DNA of 64,000 nt from Enoplolaimus lenunculus (Eukaryota), in assembly GCA_030248215.1 (NCBI GenBank), contig JASANG010001737.1:248001-312000 (forward strand), in the 5' to 3' direction. The number at the start of each line of letters is the position of its first letter. Positions within the stretch are counted from its first letter, which is position 1. Positions 1 to 14,100 of this stretch are shown piece by piece. Position numbers and translations under genes: made by a program. Below the pieces are notes generated by a model. The model was given only the letters and a program-made list of their open reading frames with translations. It made no database searches and was not told the origin of the DNA.

Positions 1-54
1 AAATTCATGATGTAAAACCTCGCCGTATATTTCATTATATTTTGCTAGAAAACA

Positions 55-467
55 CAGGGTGCAAACGGAATTCCGGTTCCCGTTGCGGCATGTTTTCCCC
101 TTCCGGTTCCGGTAAATTTTTACCGGAATAAAAAATTTAGGTATTAAAGTTTGGTCGGTGGAATTTAAGATATTTTACTTAAAAATGACGATAAAAATTA
201 AATAGATTTCATTAGTATAGTATGCAAACCTTGACAATCGCCAAAAATAAACGATCAAAGGTAGATTTTGTTTCTGTGGATTATGAAAGTCTAAAATACA
301 GGAGATATATCTCGAACTATTGTTATTTCACATTGCAAAAAAAGAGAAAATTAAAATGAATATATCGGTGGCATGTATTTTTCATTTTACGGTTCCGGTT
401 TCGTTTCCGGTAATTTTTTCAAATTCCGGTACCAGCTCCGGTAAATTGTAATTCCGGTTGCACCCTG
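55..467. mobile_element. hAT-like MITE family A (~400 bp, TIR CAGGGTGCAACCGGAATT)
   Basis: Terminal inverted repeats; homologous along its length to the copies at 47897-48305 and 53821-54220. Confidence 0.75.
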
Positions 468-1304
468 ATAAACAACACATTGTGAGCTTCAGATTAACTA
501 TGTCCATCGCAAAATTTTCAGAACGACATGGCCGAGGGGATATATTCCTACCGCTTCTTCCCCGGATCTGCCGCTCATTTTTCTTGCCCCGGTTAAATAT
601 ATGCACAATTGCGAACTGGTTCTCGCAACCAACAATGTGTTAAAGATAACAACCCAGGTCCGTACCCAACTCACGTACGTAGTGGGGCTAAAAAATTTTC
701 AGGAGAGGCATACAAAGGTTTTCGATAACTTACCGGAAAGGTAGAAAAATTTTTTAAGGGTAAAACCAAAATCTTAACAGTGGAAAGGGCTTGAGCACCC
801 TTTGGCCCACCCTCTGGCTGCAGGCGCGCGAACAATCAGTCGCGCATATTGCTTTTGTTTTAAAATTGCATTTTGAAAAACTGCAGGCGTGCACAAAAAC
901 AACGTTTTTTTTCAATATTTTCGTTTAAAGCCCAGTGTATGTTGTTAATGTTTTTTGAAATTTGACAATTTTACGTTTGTGTAATATTCAGCATTAAATG
1001 TTTGTCGTCAAAGTCACCGAGAATTGTATTTTCTGCTTGAGTTGCGATTATTTATTGTTTCCGAGCTAAATTCATATTAAAGCATATAGGATGCGGCAGC
1101 GTGCAGACGGACGTTTCCTTTTGGCGATACCCAAACTGGACATCGAGGTTTGGGAAATATGGGTAGTGAAATTTTTAATAATTTCATTTTTTGAAAATGT
1201 GGTACGGCTTAACAGTCTTGGCCAATGTTAATACGCTAATGGCTCGTTTCATTGTACCGGAACAGCCGTGTACCAGGAGTACGTACAGCAAATACAATTG
1301 TAAA

Positions 1305-1520
1305 AGTTGGGACAGCAGGAAGTTGGGACAGTGGAGAAATCTTGGCCAATGGAGATGTTCAGACACCGGGACAGTGGGAACGGTTTGGTTTGTTGGGTCG
1401 GCGGCACTGTGGGGACAACTGTTAAAATTGTGACATTTGGGACAGTGGGAACAGTTGAAATAGTAGGGTCAGCTGGGACAGTTGAGACGGTGAGGAATGT
1501 CAGAGCAATCGGGACAATTG
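1305..1520. repeat. Cluster of short GGGACAGT-type repeats
   Basis: About 10 copies of (T)GGGACA(G/A)T(G/T)G at irregular spacing. Confidence 0.7.
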
Positions 1521-3348
1521 ATATATAGTATAAGCAGGCAGTCTTTATCGTAGCGCGGGTCAAATTTTCGTAGTCTGAATTTAATAGACTGGCACGTAAG
1601 GCATCGAACCTCATCAAAGTTCAGGGGACCTCAAGATAGATGGAGCTATCTCCGGGCAAACCTTCTATACTAAGCAATTCATTGTTGGAACACTTTAGAT
1701 TTCTAGCGAAATACTTTTAGACTGTGTTTTGGCGTTCTAGCATGAGAACCACCTTAGTACAGAAAGCTGGATGGCGGTAGCCCCTTGTCCGACTTAGCGC
1801 CCCTAGAAACTGGATCCACGGGATCATGTGTAAAGCACCCCTTGAGTGGAAAGCAAACAAGCGACCCTAAGCATTACATACTCGGACGTTTTGTTGTAGA
1901 ACTTTCTTTATACTATATATTAGGCTGTACATATGTAAACAGGGGCGCATATATGTGCACGCTGAGTTTATTGCTGTCTCGGCACAATAGGTCGGTCTTT
2001 ATCATAACATGGGCCACGGACTTAAATATAAAGCAGTACAACTTAGCGCGTCGAGATCTACAGCTAACTTTACATTTCATTTCTAGAAGGCACATATTTC
2101 AAATTTTCGCACCAGTGATAGAACTTCAAAGGCACTTAAGCGTGTGGACTTAAACTGCTAGCACAAATTCGACATAGAAACAAATATACTTGCAGCTAGC
2201 CTCACAGTTGGGAGGCTAAACATTTGCAGGTGTTCACGCAATGACTTCAGATCACTTACCTGCGAGGTTGAACTTGAAACTTCCCTAGGTGAAGCAAAAC
2301 TTGCCAGGGGCTTAACCCCACAACCCAAAAGTACCTACCTTTTTACTTAACCGAATACGAATATCAACGCTCGTCTTATATTTTCAAGCTAACCAATTTT
2401 AACTAAGATTAATAGAATTTGGAATATTCAGTGCATTTTTGCGTAATTTTATACCTACTGCTCTCAAATCTTGGTGTCATAGAACCGCCGAAATCTGATT
2501 TTGTGATTGAAACGTTGGTTCATTCAACACTCTCATTCACCGCTTAACGTAAGTTACAATTCTAAATATGGTTTGCGCAAAGAGACGTACCACTGTAAGA
2601 TCAGCGTGTGCAGTCGATAATTTGCTGAACAAATTCGGAACAAAGTTATAAGGATGCGCTATACTCGCCGAACTCCACCGGACGCCGCAGCGCGTTGTAG
2701 CGCGACACCAAATAGGTTTTACCCATTTTTTGTTAGCAACACTTAGCGGCGTGCGGCGGCGTACGGCACACCAAAGCATAGCGCAAGCCAAAGGCTTCAG
2801 GCTTTCGCTTAGGTTTGACTTAAGCGTGAAGCCAGCGATGGAAGTAAAGCGTGGGCAACCGTGAGCCGCCATAAGTGTTCCATGGAGCGTATGGGGCGGG
2901 GCGCAATTAGAAACCCTACATAGGGCAAAAATGGGTCAAAAATAGAAAGAGAAATAGCTCTCGGTTTTGTAATTTTCAACTCAAAAAGAAGCGAAAAAAT
3001 CATTTTGCCGAGCTAAACGTCCAAATTTTCGTCGCTAAATTTAGATTAAATTACCTCTTGTCACTTCAGTCTACCAAACAAAGAGTGCGGGTTAAATATT
3101 GGGCGTCACTGTGTGGCATCGTCCGCAAATTGCCGTCTCTGTGCTGTCTGGGACAGCCCGTCTGCGGACCGCGATCCGCGCACGACGCTGCACAGTGAGC
3201 GGCCAAAGTTTGCCGCAAGCTGTCAACTTGGCGGAACAATAATATAATGGCATGGGTAAAGTTTCTTTCTTGTGTGCATTTCTGAAATATATTTTTATTT
3301 TGTAACGCTAAATTTTTGAAATATATCTGTTTAATTTATCGCTATCAG

Positions 3349-4656
3349 ATGGCCAAAAGAGCTGCATCAACAAAAACCAAAAAGCGATCGAGTAGTGCCT
3401 CGGCAAACTCGACCAAATCAAAGGCAGGCAGAGTGGCCAAACGGGTACGTTTGCTATATAACGAAGCTTGCAGCCAGCGGCAGACTCAGGAATTTCCGAT
3501 CCGAGGGCTACGAGATATGTAACAGTGAAAAAACGCACGAGTGAGAAGCTAAAAACACTTTTAGTTCTAAATATTAATACAAAATTTTGCTTTTGACCCC
3601 GTTTACAGAACCACAAAATGAGTGGCCCTTAGATGGGTCAGTGGTAAGGAAAAGCTACATAATACTGGCAAATTCGCATTTAAAACCAGTTTTAATGTGC
3701 CTTTTGAAAATTTTTATCTAGAATTTTACTCTTGTACTTTTTTCTGGTATATATACTGAATATGGGCGTCTGAAAATTTTAATAAAATATCGTCTTATTT
3801 CATAGATGTCGACGCGCTAAGTTCAACGGTAGCATATTTACAGCTGCAGAAAATCTGGTTCAAGTGTTATGTATGGTCTAAAGAAGTTTACAACTATTTC
3901 TATTCGTAATTACGTTGTATTTTATCTATGCTCCGAACTCACTTCTTCTCGTTTTGTTTCAGAAAAGTCCAAAGAAGAAAGCTGGAGCAAAAAAGGTTGG
4001 TTATAAATTTGAATCATTAAAAATGATTCTATGTTTAACGAATAAGCATCCGGTATGAAGCATCATTTACACAGGGGCGTAGAATTTAAAATGTACCGGG
4101 CTCGTCATGCGTATTAGTTTACGTCGTTTATAAAAATTCGATACCTTACCTAGTTTCCCCTAGAAAAGGTATTGCGGCATTTCGTCGTCCGAATAAACTC
4201 GTCGACTCAAATTTTACTACCCGTCACGTCATAGACCCGACAACTTTCCGCCAATATATAGGTTTAGATTAACGCTTAGGCCTTGCTTAGGTTTAGGATT
4301 ATGCTTATATTTTAGGCTTCGGGCTATGCCTTGTTGTAAATTCCAGGGACAATGCTTGCATCATGCGCGCCTTTTGACGTTGAGGTATTAGCTATCATAA
4401 TTAATCTAATCTTAAATATCGTAAAACAGATGATTCTAATCAGAATTCGTATCTCTCAAATCCCATAAGAACAAGGCTTCGTTCAACAATAATTATCGAT
4501 TCGCTTTTGTCTTAAAACCCCCATATTTTAGAGTTGTCGGTCCGATTCCTCCAATTCAAATTCTTCGGTACGCCACTGTCGGGTCAATGTTTGATGTTTT
4601 AATGTAACGGTTTTCGTTGTTTTCAGGGATCCAAGTCCAAGAAAGCGAAAAAGTAG
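3349..4656 (+). CDS. Tiny Lys/Arg-rich protamine-like / histone-H1-tail-like protein (52 aa, 3 exons)
   Basis: Exons 3349-3444, 3963-3995 and 4627-4656 have GT-AG borders (two TTTCAG acceptors) and are all phase 0. They give MAKRAASTKTKKRSSSASANSTKSKAGRVAKR-KSPKKKAGAKK-GSKSKKAKK*. AATAAA at 4931. Confidence 0.75.
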
Positions 4657-4728
4657 CCATTGCTATCAAACACCAGTACACAGAAATACCGCAGTGCGGT
4701 GGTTTTCAGTGATTTTCACTGCAATATA

Positions 4729-4906
4729 GCCCAATGTATAGAACAGGCCCGTAACAGTAGTATAAGCATAACCCTAAGCCTAAGCCTAAGCGTAAGAATG
4801 ACCTTATACCTATGCCTAAGCCTAAGCCTAAAAATAGTCTAAACATTAAGCTTACTCTATTGCAGCCCAAGAGAAAAGCGTTCCGCCCCTGGTCTTTACA
4901 TGGGCC
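4729..4906. mobile_element. Second telomeric-repeat MITE family (related copies ~18010-18192, ~58035-58230, ~61880-62188)
   Basis: Imperfect TIRs GCCCAATGTATAGAACAGGCCCG...CGCCCCTGGTCTTTACATGGGCC enclosing CCTAAG repeats; TSD not clear. Confidence 0.65.
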
Positions 4907-6154
4907 AACATGTAAATATAGTCAGGTTGCAATAAAAAGTGTTTTTATGTATTCCCAGGATTGATCTCTCAGGAATCATGTGTATATAATTGTTTTGTAT
5001 TTTAGTTTTGGTGTATATTCAAAACGTTTTGCATTTACCAGTAGTGGATCCAGATGCTGAACAGTATTGAAATGCATCTCCTCTTGGACACTTTCACTCA
5101 CATTTAGGCTTAGGTTTAGGTTTAGAGTTGCGCGATACTTTTCTTGACGTCCGGTGCCGTCCATCACCCGTAAGGCGCCGTTCGTCACCGTCTGTCACTG
5201 TAAAGTGTTATACGTGTGTAATTTGGGTACGATAACGCACGGTGACGGACGGGTGGTAGACGATGACGGACAGCGTTGCACGACGAGTATGGCGCCACCC
5301 TTAGGCTTACCTTTAAGCATAAGCTTCAACTTTATTTACGGGGAAAAGTGTACAACAGCTAACGGTATCTCTTCTTATTCAAGTGTCCCATCTTGCTGGC
5401 AATTTAGCGATGCAAACAGTTCACCTCAAGGTCACTATGTGTTTTGGTTAAAATGAGTTGCGGAAACGGGATGCACGAATTGAAAAGATTTTTAATCATT
5501 CAGCGACTGGTTTGCTGAAATACTACTTAAAATACTTCAAAAGTGTAAACAATTCAAAACGTAAATAATTTTCTACCACGCCACCAAATCTTGGATCTGC
5601 CAATGCGAGATTATATAAACTCGCAATGGAAATTGCGTCTTGTTCAGGTATGTGCCCACCAGAATTGCGGTTTTGGTAAACATTGTGACCTGAATATGTG
5701 TCTGTCCAGTTAGCAACTATGCAAAAGTTCAGATCCTTTTTCATAGCATAGGAAAAGGTGCAGGAATTGCCGAGAATATTAGCTTAAAGTTTGTTTTCGT
5801 TGTCTCAATTGTTTGGCCTGATCGGACCGACAATTAGCATTTGAAACCGTCGTGTTGCCAACTGGAACAGAATATGCAAATGGTCATGAAAGTACAATTG
5901 TATTGTTTTTAGGTTTTAAACATTGTTTGCAATTTGGCAAAAATAACGTGAAACATGTTTTTCTTTAAATCTTTTAGCACTGAAAGCAAAACTTTATTCC
6001 AGGGGCCAAAATTTTGTCGATGAAAGTTTTAAACGCGTTCCGGGCTGCCTGAGTTATAGCGTGAATCTCTCATAAGATCATAGTTTTCTGTTTTAACTCG
6101 ACGTATCTGCTGTAAAACGTTAAAGCGGAAGCCGAATGATATTTTAAAATGGAT

Positions 6155-6348
6155 GGCCAATGTTACTTTAAGGGACGTAACAGTAGATTAACCGCATACC
6201 TAAGACTAAGCCTAAGCCTAAGCGTTGCAAAAATGTGTTCCTAAGCCTAAGCCTAAGCCTAAGCGTAAGCAAAAATGTAGTCTAGAATCGAAACCTACTG
6301 TTTTATAGACCCCCAGAAACCTGAACGCCCCTTAAAGTAATATGGGCC
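6155..6348. mobile_element. Merlin-like MITE carrying (GCCTAA)n telomeric repeats
   Basis: TIR GGCCAATGTTACTTTAAGGG; perfect 8-bp TSD AAATGGAT. Confidence 0.8.
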
Positions 6349-7915
6349 AAATGGATTATAGAAAGTGGTCGGCTGTAGATCCGTGAAACAGAGCAACCAT
6401 GTTAATTAGTAAAATCTTATGCATACGTTAGCCATCTTGGACATACCTTATTTTTAGGGGTTTACTATATATTTGTGTTAGCGTATAATGTTCCTTTCTA
6501 GCTTAATGGTGTAGAACAATATTTTAGCTGTATATATTTTTTTGGTTGAAACCAGCAACTCGTGTGTTTAGTTCAGCGTTTTCGTTGCAGTTATGTTCAC
6601 AATTTAATTTTGTTAAACATCACGTTTAATAAATATTAACAAATGTCGCACAAATTGTGCCAAGAAACTGTAGACATCAGCCCGAGAACCAGTATTCCCC
6701 AGCCCCGATACTTTTTGCGAAGCAGTGAATTATGGATCAACAATCATCATTATGCTAGAAAATACAAAATGTGAAGAAATATAAAATAATCTTGCACTTA
6801 TAATTCTTAAGCCGTTAAGACATAGCGGCGCTACTGTAATGACCCGAATAAGATGGGGGGCGTAATAAGAGAGGAGGTCCCCATATTGAGTCCCAATCAA
6901 TAGGAGTCCGTATCCCTAATAAGAGTCCATAAGCGGATGTCCTAATTCCTAAACTAGAATCCATAAGTGTCAACTATCCCTAAAATTGTAGCGTATAAAA
7001 AGGACTTCAGGACCAAGTAATGTTTTGTTCAAAACTTCAAAGCATATTTAAGTTTTGAAAGTACGTTTAAGTGTAACCTAGTACTATGGCTCAAACTTTT
7101 GATACAAGACAAATAAACGTTTAATTCAACCTATAGTTGCTATACCAAATACATATCAGTAACGAAGGACGGCAGAGGGCGGGCTAAAAATAAATACCAA
7201 TCCGTAACCGAATAACAAGGGGTACCCTCTAAAGAGGCCAAGTATGAGGCCCCTCTGATTTGGGCCAACACAGTTATATGTAACTTTTTGTACGTTATGG
7301 CCAGAGGACGAATGAGTCTAGTACTTCTAAAAACATTATAACAATTTAATCCTGTTTGCATATATATGCATAACATATGCATAACGTATCCGAAAAAACT
7401 GTTCATAATTATATGCAATTAATGTTAATGCTCTTTGAAATTTAAGACTCAAATTTTCTAAAATTTGAAAATTTTTGACACATTCATTTTTGCACCTTTT
7501 AAACTTTCTGCTCGAACGTCGCTAGTCGCATTCAAATCAGATTTCCGGTTCAAAATTTGTGCAGACAAAGCAATACCTTCAACTAACTATATATGAATAT
7601 TTAGCCGTATTGGTTTGGTTTATTGTGAGTAAACTATTGTGGTTGGAACTTAACTGTTTGGAGTGATCTTCATTTATTGAACAAACTTTATACCAGCATT
7701 AAACGACAAGCAATTGTAATGAGTTTGAACACAATTTTGCATGAAATTGAAGTAGCATCACAGAATTCAGTTAAACTATTAAAAGCCAAATCATTTAACG
7801 TAACTGCCATGTGTTGGAGACCTAAAACGTAAGTTTGGCTTAGCCGTTAAGTCGATATTTTACTTTAGTTTTGTAACTGTAACTACTGTCAGATATTTTT
7901 CAACACATAGATTTA

Positions 7916-8590
7916 TGCGGGGTTCACATTATAACCGGGGCAGTTGGGACATGTTTTGCCCCTATTAGACTATTGGGTAACATTTGTCTGCTTGTAGACC
8001 CCATACTGTATTGAAAAATTTGTAGTTGTCTGCTATTATTATGTGTAGGTCACCGTTTGTTCTTCAATATCATGTTATTCGACGTATTATCGCCGAATAT
8101 CATATAATATATTTTCAAGTGTCTGTAACATTGAGGTAACATACCCAAGTTGTCCTGTTGAATATCATATGGTACTAGAATTTGAAATTTGAATTTTTAA
8201 ATGATGACGCTGTTTTTCTAAATCGATTTTGTGTCGGAAATGGCTGTGGAGACGTGTATTTGGTATTTAAATGCCTGTGCCGTTCGCCTCTCCATTAATT
8301 GATCAGCACCCAAACATACACTGTCCCGCTGAATATGATGATATTCGTTGAAATTTTGGAAGATATATCATATTATACTCGCATAAATGTCCCACAGTAT
8401 CACGTGACATATCACCCCTTGTACATGTACACATTGATCATTTGAGAGCGGTGGTTTGGAAACTAATGCCATAAGACATTCCAGTTTTGTCTGTTGACCC
8501 GATATAAGAGCTCCAATTTTAACGTTGACGTCGACTCAACATGGGGCAAACCATGTCCCGCCTGCCCCGGTTGTAAACGTGAATCCCGCA
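7916..8590. mobile_element. PIF/Harbinger-like non-autonomous element
   Basis: ~38-bp TIRs TGCGGGGTTCACATTATAACCGGGGCAG...CTGCCCCGGTTGTAAACGTGAATCCCGCA flanked by TTA on both sides. Confidence 0.7.
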
Positions 8591-10648
8591 TTAGTATGCG
8601 AATGCCATATTGTTGCTAAAAATGGTACTGGAGCTTTAATAGCTCTGACTATATGCAATCAGGTAACTAGCCAGGAATATTGCACTAATAGAAACATTTG
8701 ACCTTAGACCTCGCTTACATAAAAAGCAAAGTCAGAGATCGACTATTGTGTGTTTGCAACGCAGTCAAATCTTTTTCGGGATGACACACGAATGCAAACA
8801 ATTAAACAAAAACCAATAACTGACGAATAGAAATCGTCTAAAAAATATTGTTGTCTTGTTTTGTGTAATTTTTGACGTTGGAAACCATTATAGTAGATAT
8901 TCTGCTTGCGCAGCAAACTACCTGGCTAGGTATCTGTAACGTGTACTTTTATTAGTTTTGCTTTAATTTGCTGAGTCTGGTCTGTATTTTGTTACTCTAG
9001 CCCATATAAACATAGTATCAGCTCTTGAATCAAACTTTCACTTTAGCTTAAATCAGTTTTCGTAGCAATCGTCAAGAACTTTTTCACGACACCTTGTTTT
9101 AGGGTGCTAATGGATTCCGATTCAAATCCAATTTCGACTCTGATTTCGATTGCAGGTATAATCGGAATCGCAATTTTGATTGTTTCTGATCTGCTTCTTT
9201 CCAATTATGTGCAAATTTTGTCTGCAGTTCTGTTGTTAAGTTTTATAACAAACGGTGGTTAAAAATCTGCCACATACAAAGCGCACGAACGGGCCCCAAA
9301 AAACAACCAAGAACAAACAGCCGCAAGAACAAGCGACCGAAAAAAACAACTCCCTCCCCCCGCCCCCCACCCAACAAACCCCACCCCCCAGTCAAAAAAC
9401 CAAAACCACCAACATCACCAAAACCTCACCACACCAGACAAACACGAACAGACACCAAAACCAACCAACAACAAAAACTCCACACAATCAGCAATTGAAT
9501 ATTGAAAATGGAGGCGCGGTATTTACATCAAAATGGAGGACGTGAGTTAGGCTGAGCTTCGGCAGGGGTTTCTTCCAGCTACAAAGCGAGAATGATGAAA
9601 AGGACTGTAGAACTGGAATTGCCATGCAAACGGTGTCTATGGATTTGACGACTCGCATCTCTAGTCATGAACTAATGGAGGAATCATCTCAATAAAACAA
9701 GAGCTTGAGATCTCTAGACTGATGTCAGAAGGTGCAATGGGTCAGAAGTCATTGTCAATGGATCCTGGCATGCTGGCATAGAAGGAAGAAGAAGCGAATG
9801 TGGAGAAGGGAAAGATGGAAAATAGATGCCCATGATTCGAGACGGCTAACTACCTCAACGCAACCGAAAGTGGCAGCGAGAGAGAGCCGGCCAGACCCCA
9901 CCCAACAAAAAGAAGCAACAAACAAAGAAAAAAAACCCCAAAGCACCCAAAACACCCCCCCCCCCCCCCCCCCCACAAAAAATGAATTCCCAGTGACTTT
10001 ATTACGTATAATGTAGGGATGTCGTTGTGCTAAAACAAGTATGGGCTCTGAAAATTTGTATTTCCGATTCCGGTATAAATTTTGTGTGGATTCCGGTACA
10101 ATTCGGTTCCGTTTCGCATCTTGGCTATAGTTTATATACTAAAAAGGCAGCATATTATTTATTAACTTGTGCGTACTAGGGAAGCACCAAATCACGAAGC
10201 ACCAAATCACGATTTCACCGAATCAACGATTTGCCGAACCCCTAACCGAATCAATAGCTAATTTGCTGAATCTGAATCTTTCGAAAATATCAACGCAGTG
10301 CCAGGCGAATAACGTCAAAATCTTGATATATTTTGTGTCCGTCCTCAGTTTTGAAATTTGTGACCTGAAACAAAAATATTGATTTATATAACAAATTATT
10401 TAAAATTGGTATTCCTTAAAAAAGAAGAAACAGTTGCCGAACATTGTTGGATCGGCTTTTTTTCCAACCGGATCGAAACTGGATATTTTTGCCGAATCAA
10501 AATGCAAACCTTTGTTACCATCCTGACTTGTTTAGTATGCTTAGCATATATCATTGTAAAAGCAAATTAATGAATATTAAGAGCTAACAATGGTGATAAT
10601 ATAAAACAAATATTGATTGCCGTTATAAATATAAAAAAACCAAAGATA

Positions 10649-13600
10649 ATGGAAGCGCAATATAATATGCGAAGTCCAGGTAATTAAATTGAAATGTGCT
10701 GATTTTTATCAGAATATACTTCGCTGCATGCAACGCAAACAATAATCGCAGCATTGAACATTCGAACAACTCAAAATTGCAGTGACCTACGAATATATAA
10801 GTTTGCTAGTTGTACGGTTAAACACTAAAAAGTATAGTATTTACTCAAGCTTTTGCCATTGTTTGGTACGCATTGTTGAAAAGTTGCGACCTGATTTTTT
10901 TGAATTTTACTATTGTTCGAAGTTTTAACACAAAATTAAACTTCTAGTTCTACAATGCTTCTTTTGTGTATGTCAAAAAGTGTCTACAGTTTCAGCTGTG
11001 AAACGACTGATGAAGGAAGCATCTGAGTTGAAAGATCCGACTGAACTGTTTCATGCTCAACCGCTTGAGGTCAGTTTTTGTTTTCAAGGGAAATTCACAA
11101 AGTTCGTTTTTCATGACTGATTTATTATAATGAGGACTTCTTTAAGATACGTACTGTATTATTGTTTTGTAGAAATTCTAAAGTTGGATAGATTATGCTT
11201 GAAATCGTTTTTGAAGCATATTATTTGTCCCAAAACCCAACTACAATGTTTTTATTTTTAGGATAATTTGTTTGAGTGGCACTTCACTGTAAGAGGTCCT
11301 CCGGATACTGATTTCGATGGTGGTCTATATCATGGACGCATTATTTTGCCTCCTGAGTATCCTATGAAACCACCGACGATAATGCTTTTCACAGTACGTC
11401 CTAGTTTATTTTCATGGATTTGTATACGTAAGGTTCCTTTTATGTTGCTATGCGAAACATGCAAAACTTATTGCGTTTGGAAATAGGGTTGCAGCGTAAG
11501 TGGTGAAGATGTCTTAGTGATTGACCTGTGATGTAACTAAATGTAGCTTTACAGTACTATGCATGGTTCTGTATCGTGTATGTTGTAAACTTCAACGTAG
11601 TTTTGTTACATTTTAGCCTAACGGCAGATTTGAATTGAATAAGAAGATTTGCTTGAGTATATCGGGATATCACCCGGAATCATGGCAACCGTCTTGGTCG
11701 AGTAAGTTGTTTTACAATTCAGTTGACCTGTCGCACAGACGTAGGCTCACTTCTCTTCCTGTTGCAGACAAAATCAGTTTTGGTTGTGCTTTAAAAACAT
11801 TTCAGTGAAACCTGGCAAACCTGGATTTGAACAATTTTATTCATGTTTCAGCTAAGTCATGTTAGCTCTGTATTTTTAATGAAAAACATAACAATGAAAC
11901 CGTGTTTACCGTCTTGTTAGTGGTTGGTAAACTAACAGCAAGAATAATGGTGATTTTAACGTCAGGTGGTTGCCATTAATACGTTTTGTTTACATTGATA
12001 ATGTGGCCAAGGCAATGATTGCAATATATGAATCGTTATTGATACATTCTTAACAACATCTTAGATGCTTTAAGGTTGTTGCTTGACCACAGAACACTCA
12101 CTTGGATATGTTATATGTTTTGATGCGTAAATTTGATATTGAAACTCATTTTTATTTTTAGTTAGAACAGCACTGCTAGCAATTATTGGATTTATGCCAA
12201 CACCTGGTGCCGGTGCAATTGGGTCTTTAGACTATTCGCCTGACGAACGGCGGTTATTAGCAAAAAAGTATTGTATTTTGATTTTTTATTTATAAATTGA
12301 AAGTCTACAAAATTATAGAATGGAGGGAAGTTTATAGCTGTTCTGGAATGTAACGGTAATACAGATGTGCGGTCTAGGAAAAGTTTACTTTTCTGAGCTA
12401 GAGTGATATTTCTGTGGCAGTGGGTAAAGTACTATTTATCTGTTAAGGGTTATCTTGAGTACACATAATTGGTTTGGGATGCCGTGTGTCCGAAAGATAT
12501 TGTTTGGTTATAGGTCTCACGATTGGCGGTGTAATGTTTGCGATTTGAAGTTATCAGATGCTTTGCCGATGCTCACCGAGCACAGCAAAGAAGCTACCCA
12601 AGAAGCACAAGAACTGGCAACAAGAATTGTGTTTAAAGTACGTGAAGTTAATGTACTGGGTATTTGTTTAAATGCCTAAATTTTTATATAGACTTTTGAA
12701 ACATTTGGACTAAAATGTAGATTTGTTTGGTGTTCAGGAGCAGGATTTTCAAACATTTGCAGTCTTTAAGTTGTGGAAACGTACTTGGAGAAAAGATGTC
12801 TTTAACTAGAAACAATTTTTTTGTACTGAAACATCGTTTTTGTTTTTTAAAACACTGAAGGGAGCAGGAACTAAAAATCCGGTGCAAGGCTTTTGCACAA
12901 TTAAACTCTTTTTGAAGTATTCGGGATGTTTGTAGTTTGACGATGCTTGCAGGTATTATTTCTTTTAAGTGTGGGTAGTTACTTCTGAAACACCCTGTAT
13001 AACTTAAACATAATTTTTGTGATTTAACGATTTGAAATTTTTGAAAGTTAACAATATAAATATTTATTTACACTAAAATATGTTATGTGTTGTCATTGTG
13101 GTGTGGTGACTTTTAGGGCGATGACAAAAAAGAGAATAATTCAGATGGTGAAGAAGTTACTGCGGACCGAAGTCCAGGTAAGTAGTTCCTTGGCCATGGG
13201 TTCAGGGTTCACAAATAGATAAGTCTTTATTCCGTTGATAGCAGGGCCTCACATTTCGGCGTTCAATCTCGCACCCTTTAATCCACTAAAAACCAATCGT
13301 TCTTTGGTTTAAAACTTACTGGCGCTTCAAATTTACTAAATACAAGGCTGGAATTATATGTTCTCTTAGTTATCTTTTGTCAGTTATGGCCAAATTCAAA
13401 AGCCATACAAAAGTGAAATACAGGAAAAGGATGGGCCAGTTCTCTTGCCTGAGAAAAATTCAATCATCACAGCGTAAAGGAGTTCTATTTTATTTCAGAC
13501 CAGAACAATAATTCCAGTCGTGCCTCACATGGTAACAGGACTGCTAATGTAGGCCAAACTGCTTTTACCGATAGACAGCATCCTTCAACAAGTCAAGTAC

Positions 13601-14100
13601 CCAACTCTGAAATATATCCATCTTCTACGCAAACTCCTAGTCCTACCATTCCAGCAACAACCACCGAGGCGAAAACTGATTTACGAAACCGGAAATTGGA
13701 ACACTCGAAAAATCCTGAGTCGGATGACATAGCTATTCACGAAAGCGCGCCAAACAATGGTGCCTCACCGACAAAGGTTAGCTCTAATTTGTTGAACGGA
13801 ACACAGGGTGGAAGTTGTTCGGCGGCAGAGGGCGCCACTGCAAGTACTAATGTTGATTCGACGCCTCCTGTGATTTCAACGCTTGAATTTAATGCTCAAA
13901 CGCCCCAGTTTACGACTTCTACTCCGATTAACGCCAATACACTTCCGAGACCGGCTCCTACCCTGCGGGATTTAACAGCACGAGAAGCGGATCCATGCCG
14001 ATCAATTGCGACTTTGCTGTCGGCAGTTGTTGCACTCTGTATCGCGCTGCTAGTCGCCCGTCGGTTATATTTAATTAATGAATGGAGGTTTCAGAAATGA
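10649..14100 (+). CDS. UBE2J1: ER-anchored ubiquitin-conjugating enzyme E2 J1 (Ubc6 family), ~404 aa
   Basis: Exons 10649-10679, 10996-11069, 11262-11393, 11617-11701, 12162-12267, 12514-12637, 13117-13177, 13499-14100. The N-terminal domain reads MEAQYNMRSPAVKRLMKEA..DNLFEWHFTVRGPP..PNGRFELNKKICLSISGYHPESWQPSWSIRTALLAIIGFMP. C-terminal transmembrane anchor LLSAVVALCIALLVARRLYL. Confidence 0.96.

Noticed and set aside
1191..1617. Overlapping VGTV/TVPT-repeat ORFs
   Set aside because: Translation by-products of the GGGACAGT repeat cluster.
9255..10016. Pro/Thr/Gln-rich ORFs
   Set aside because: Derived from low-complexity, probably artefactual sequence.
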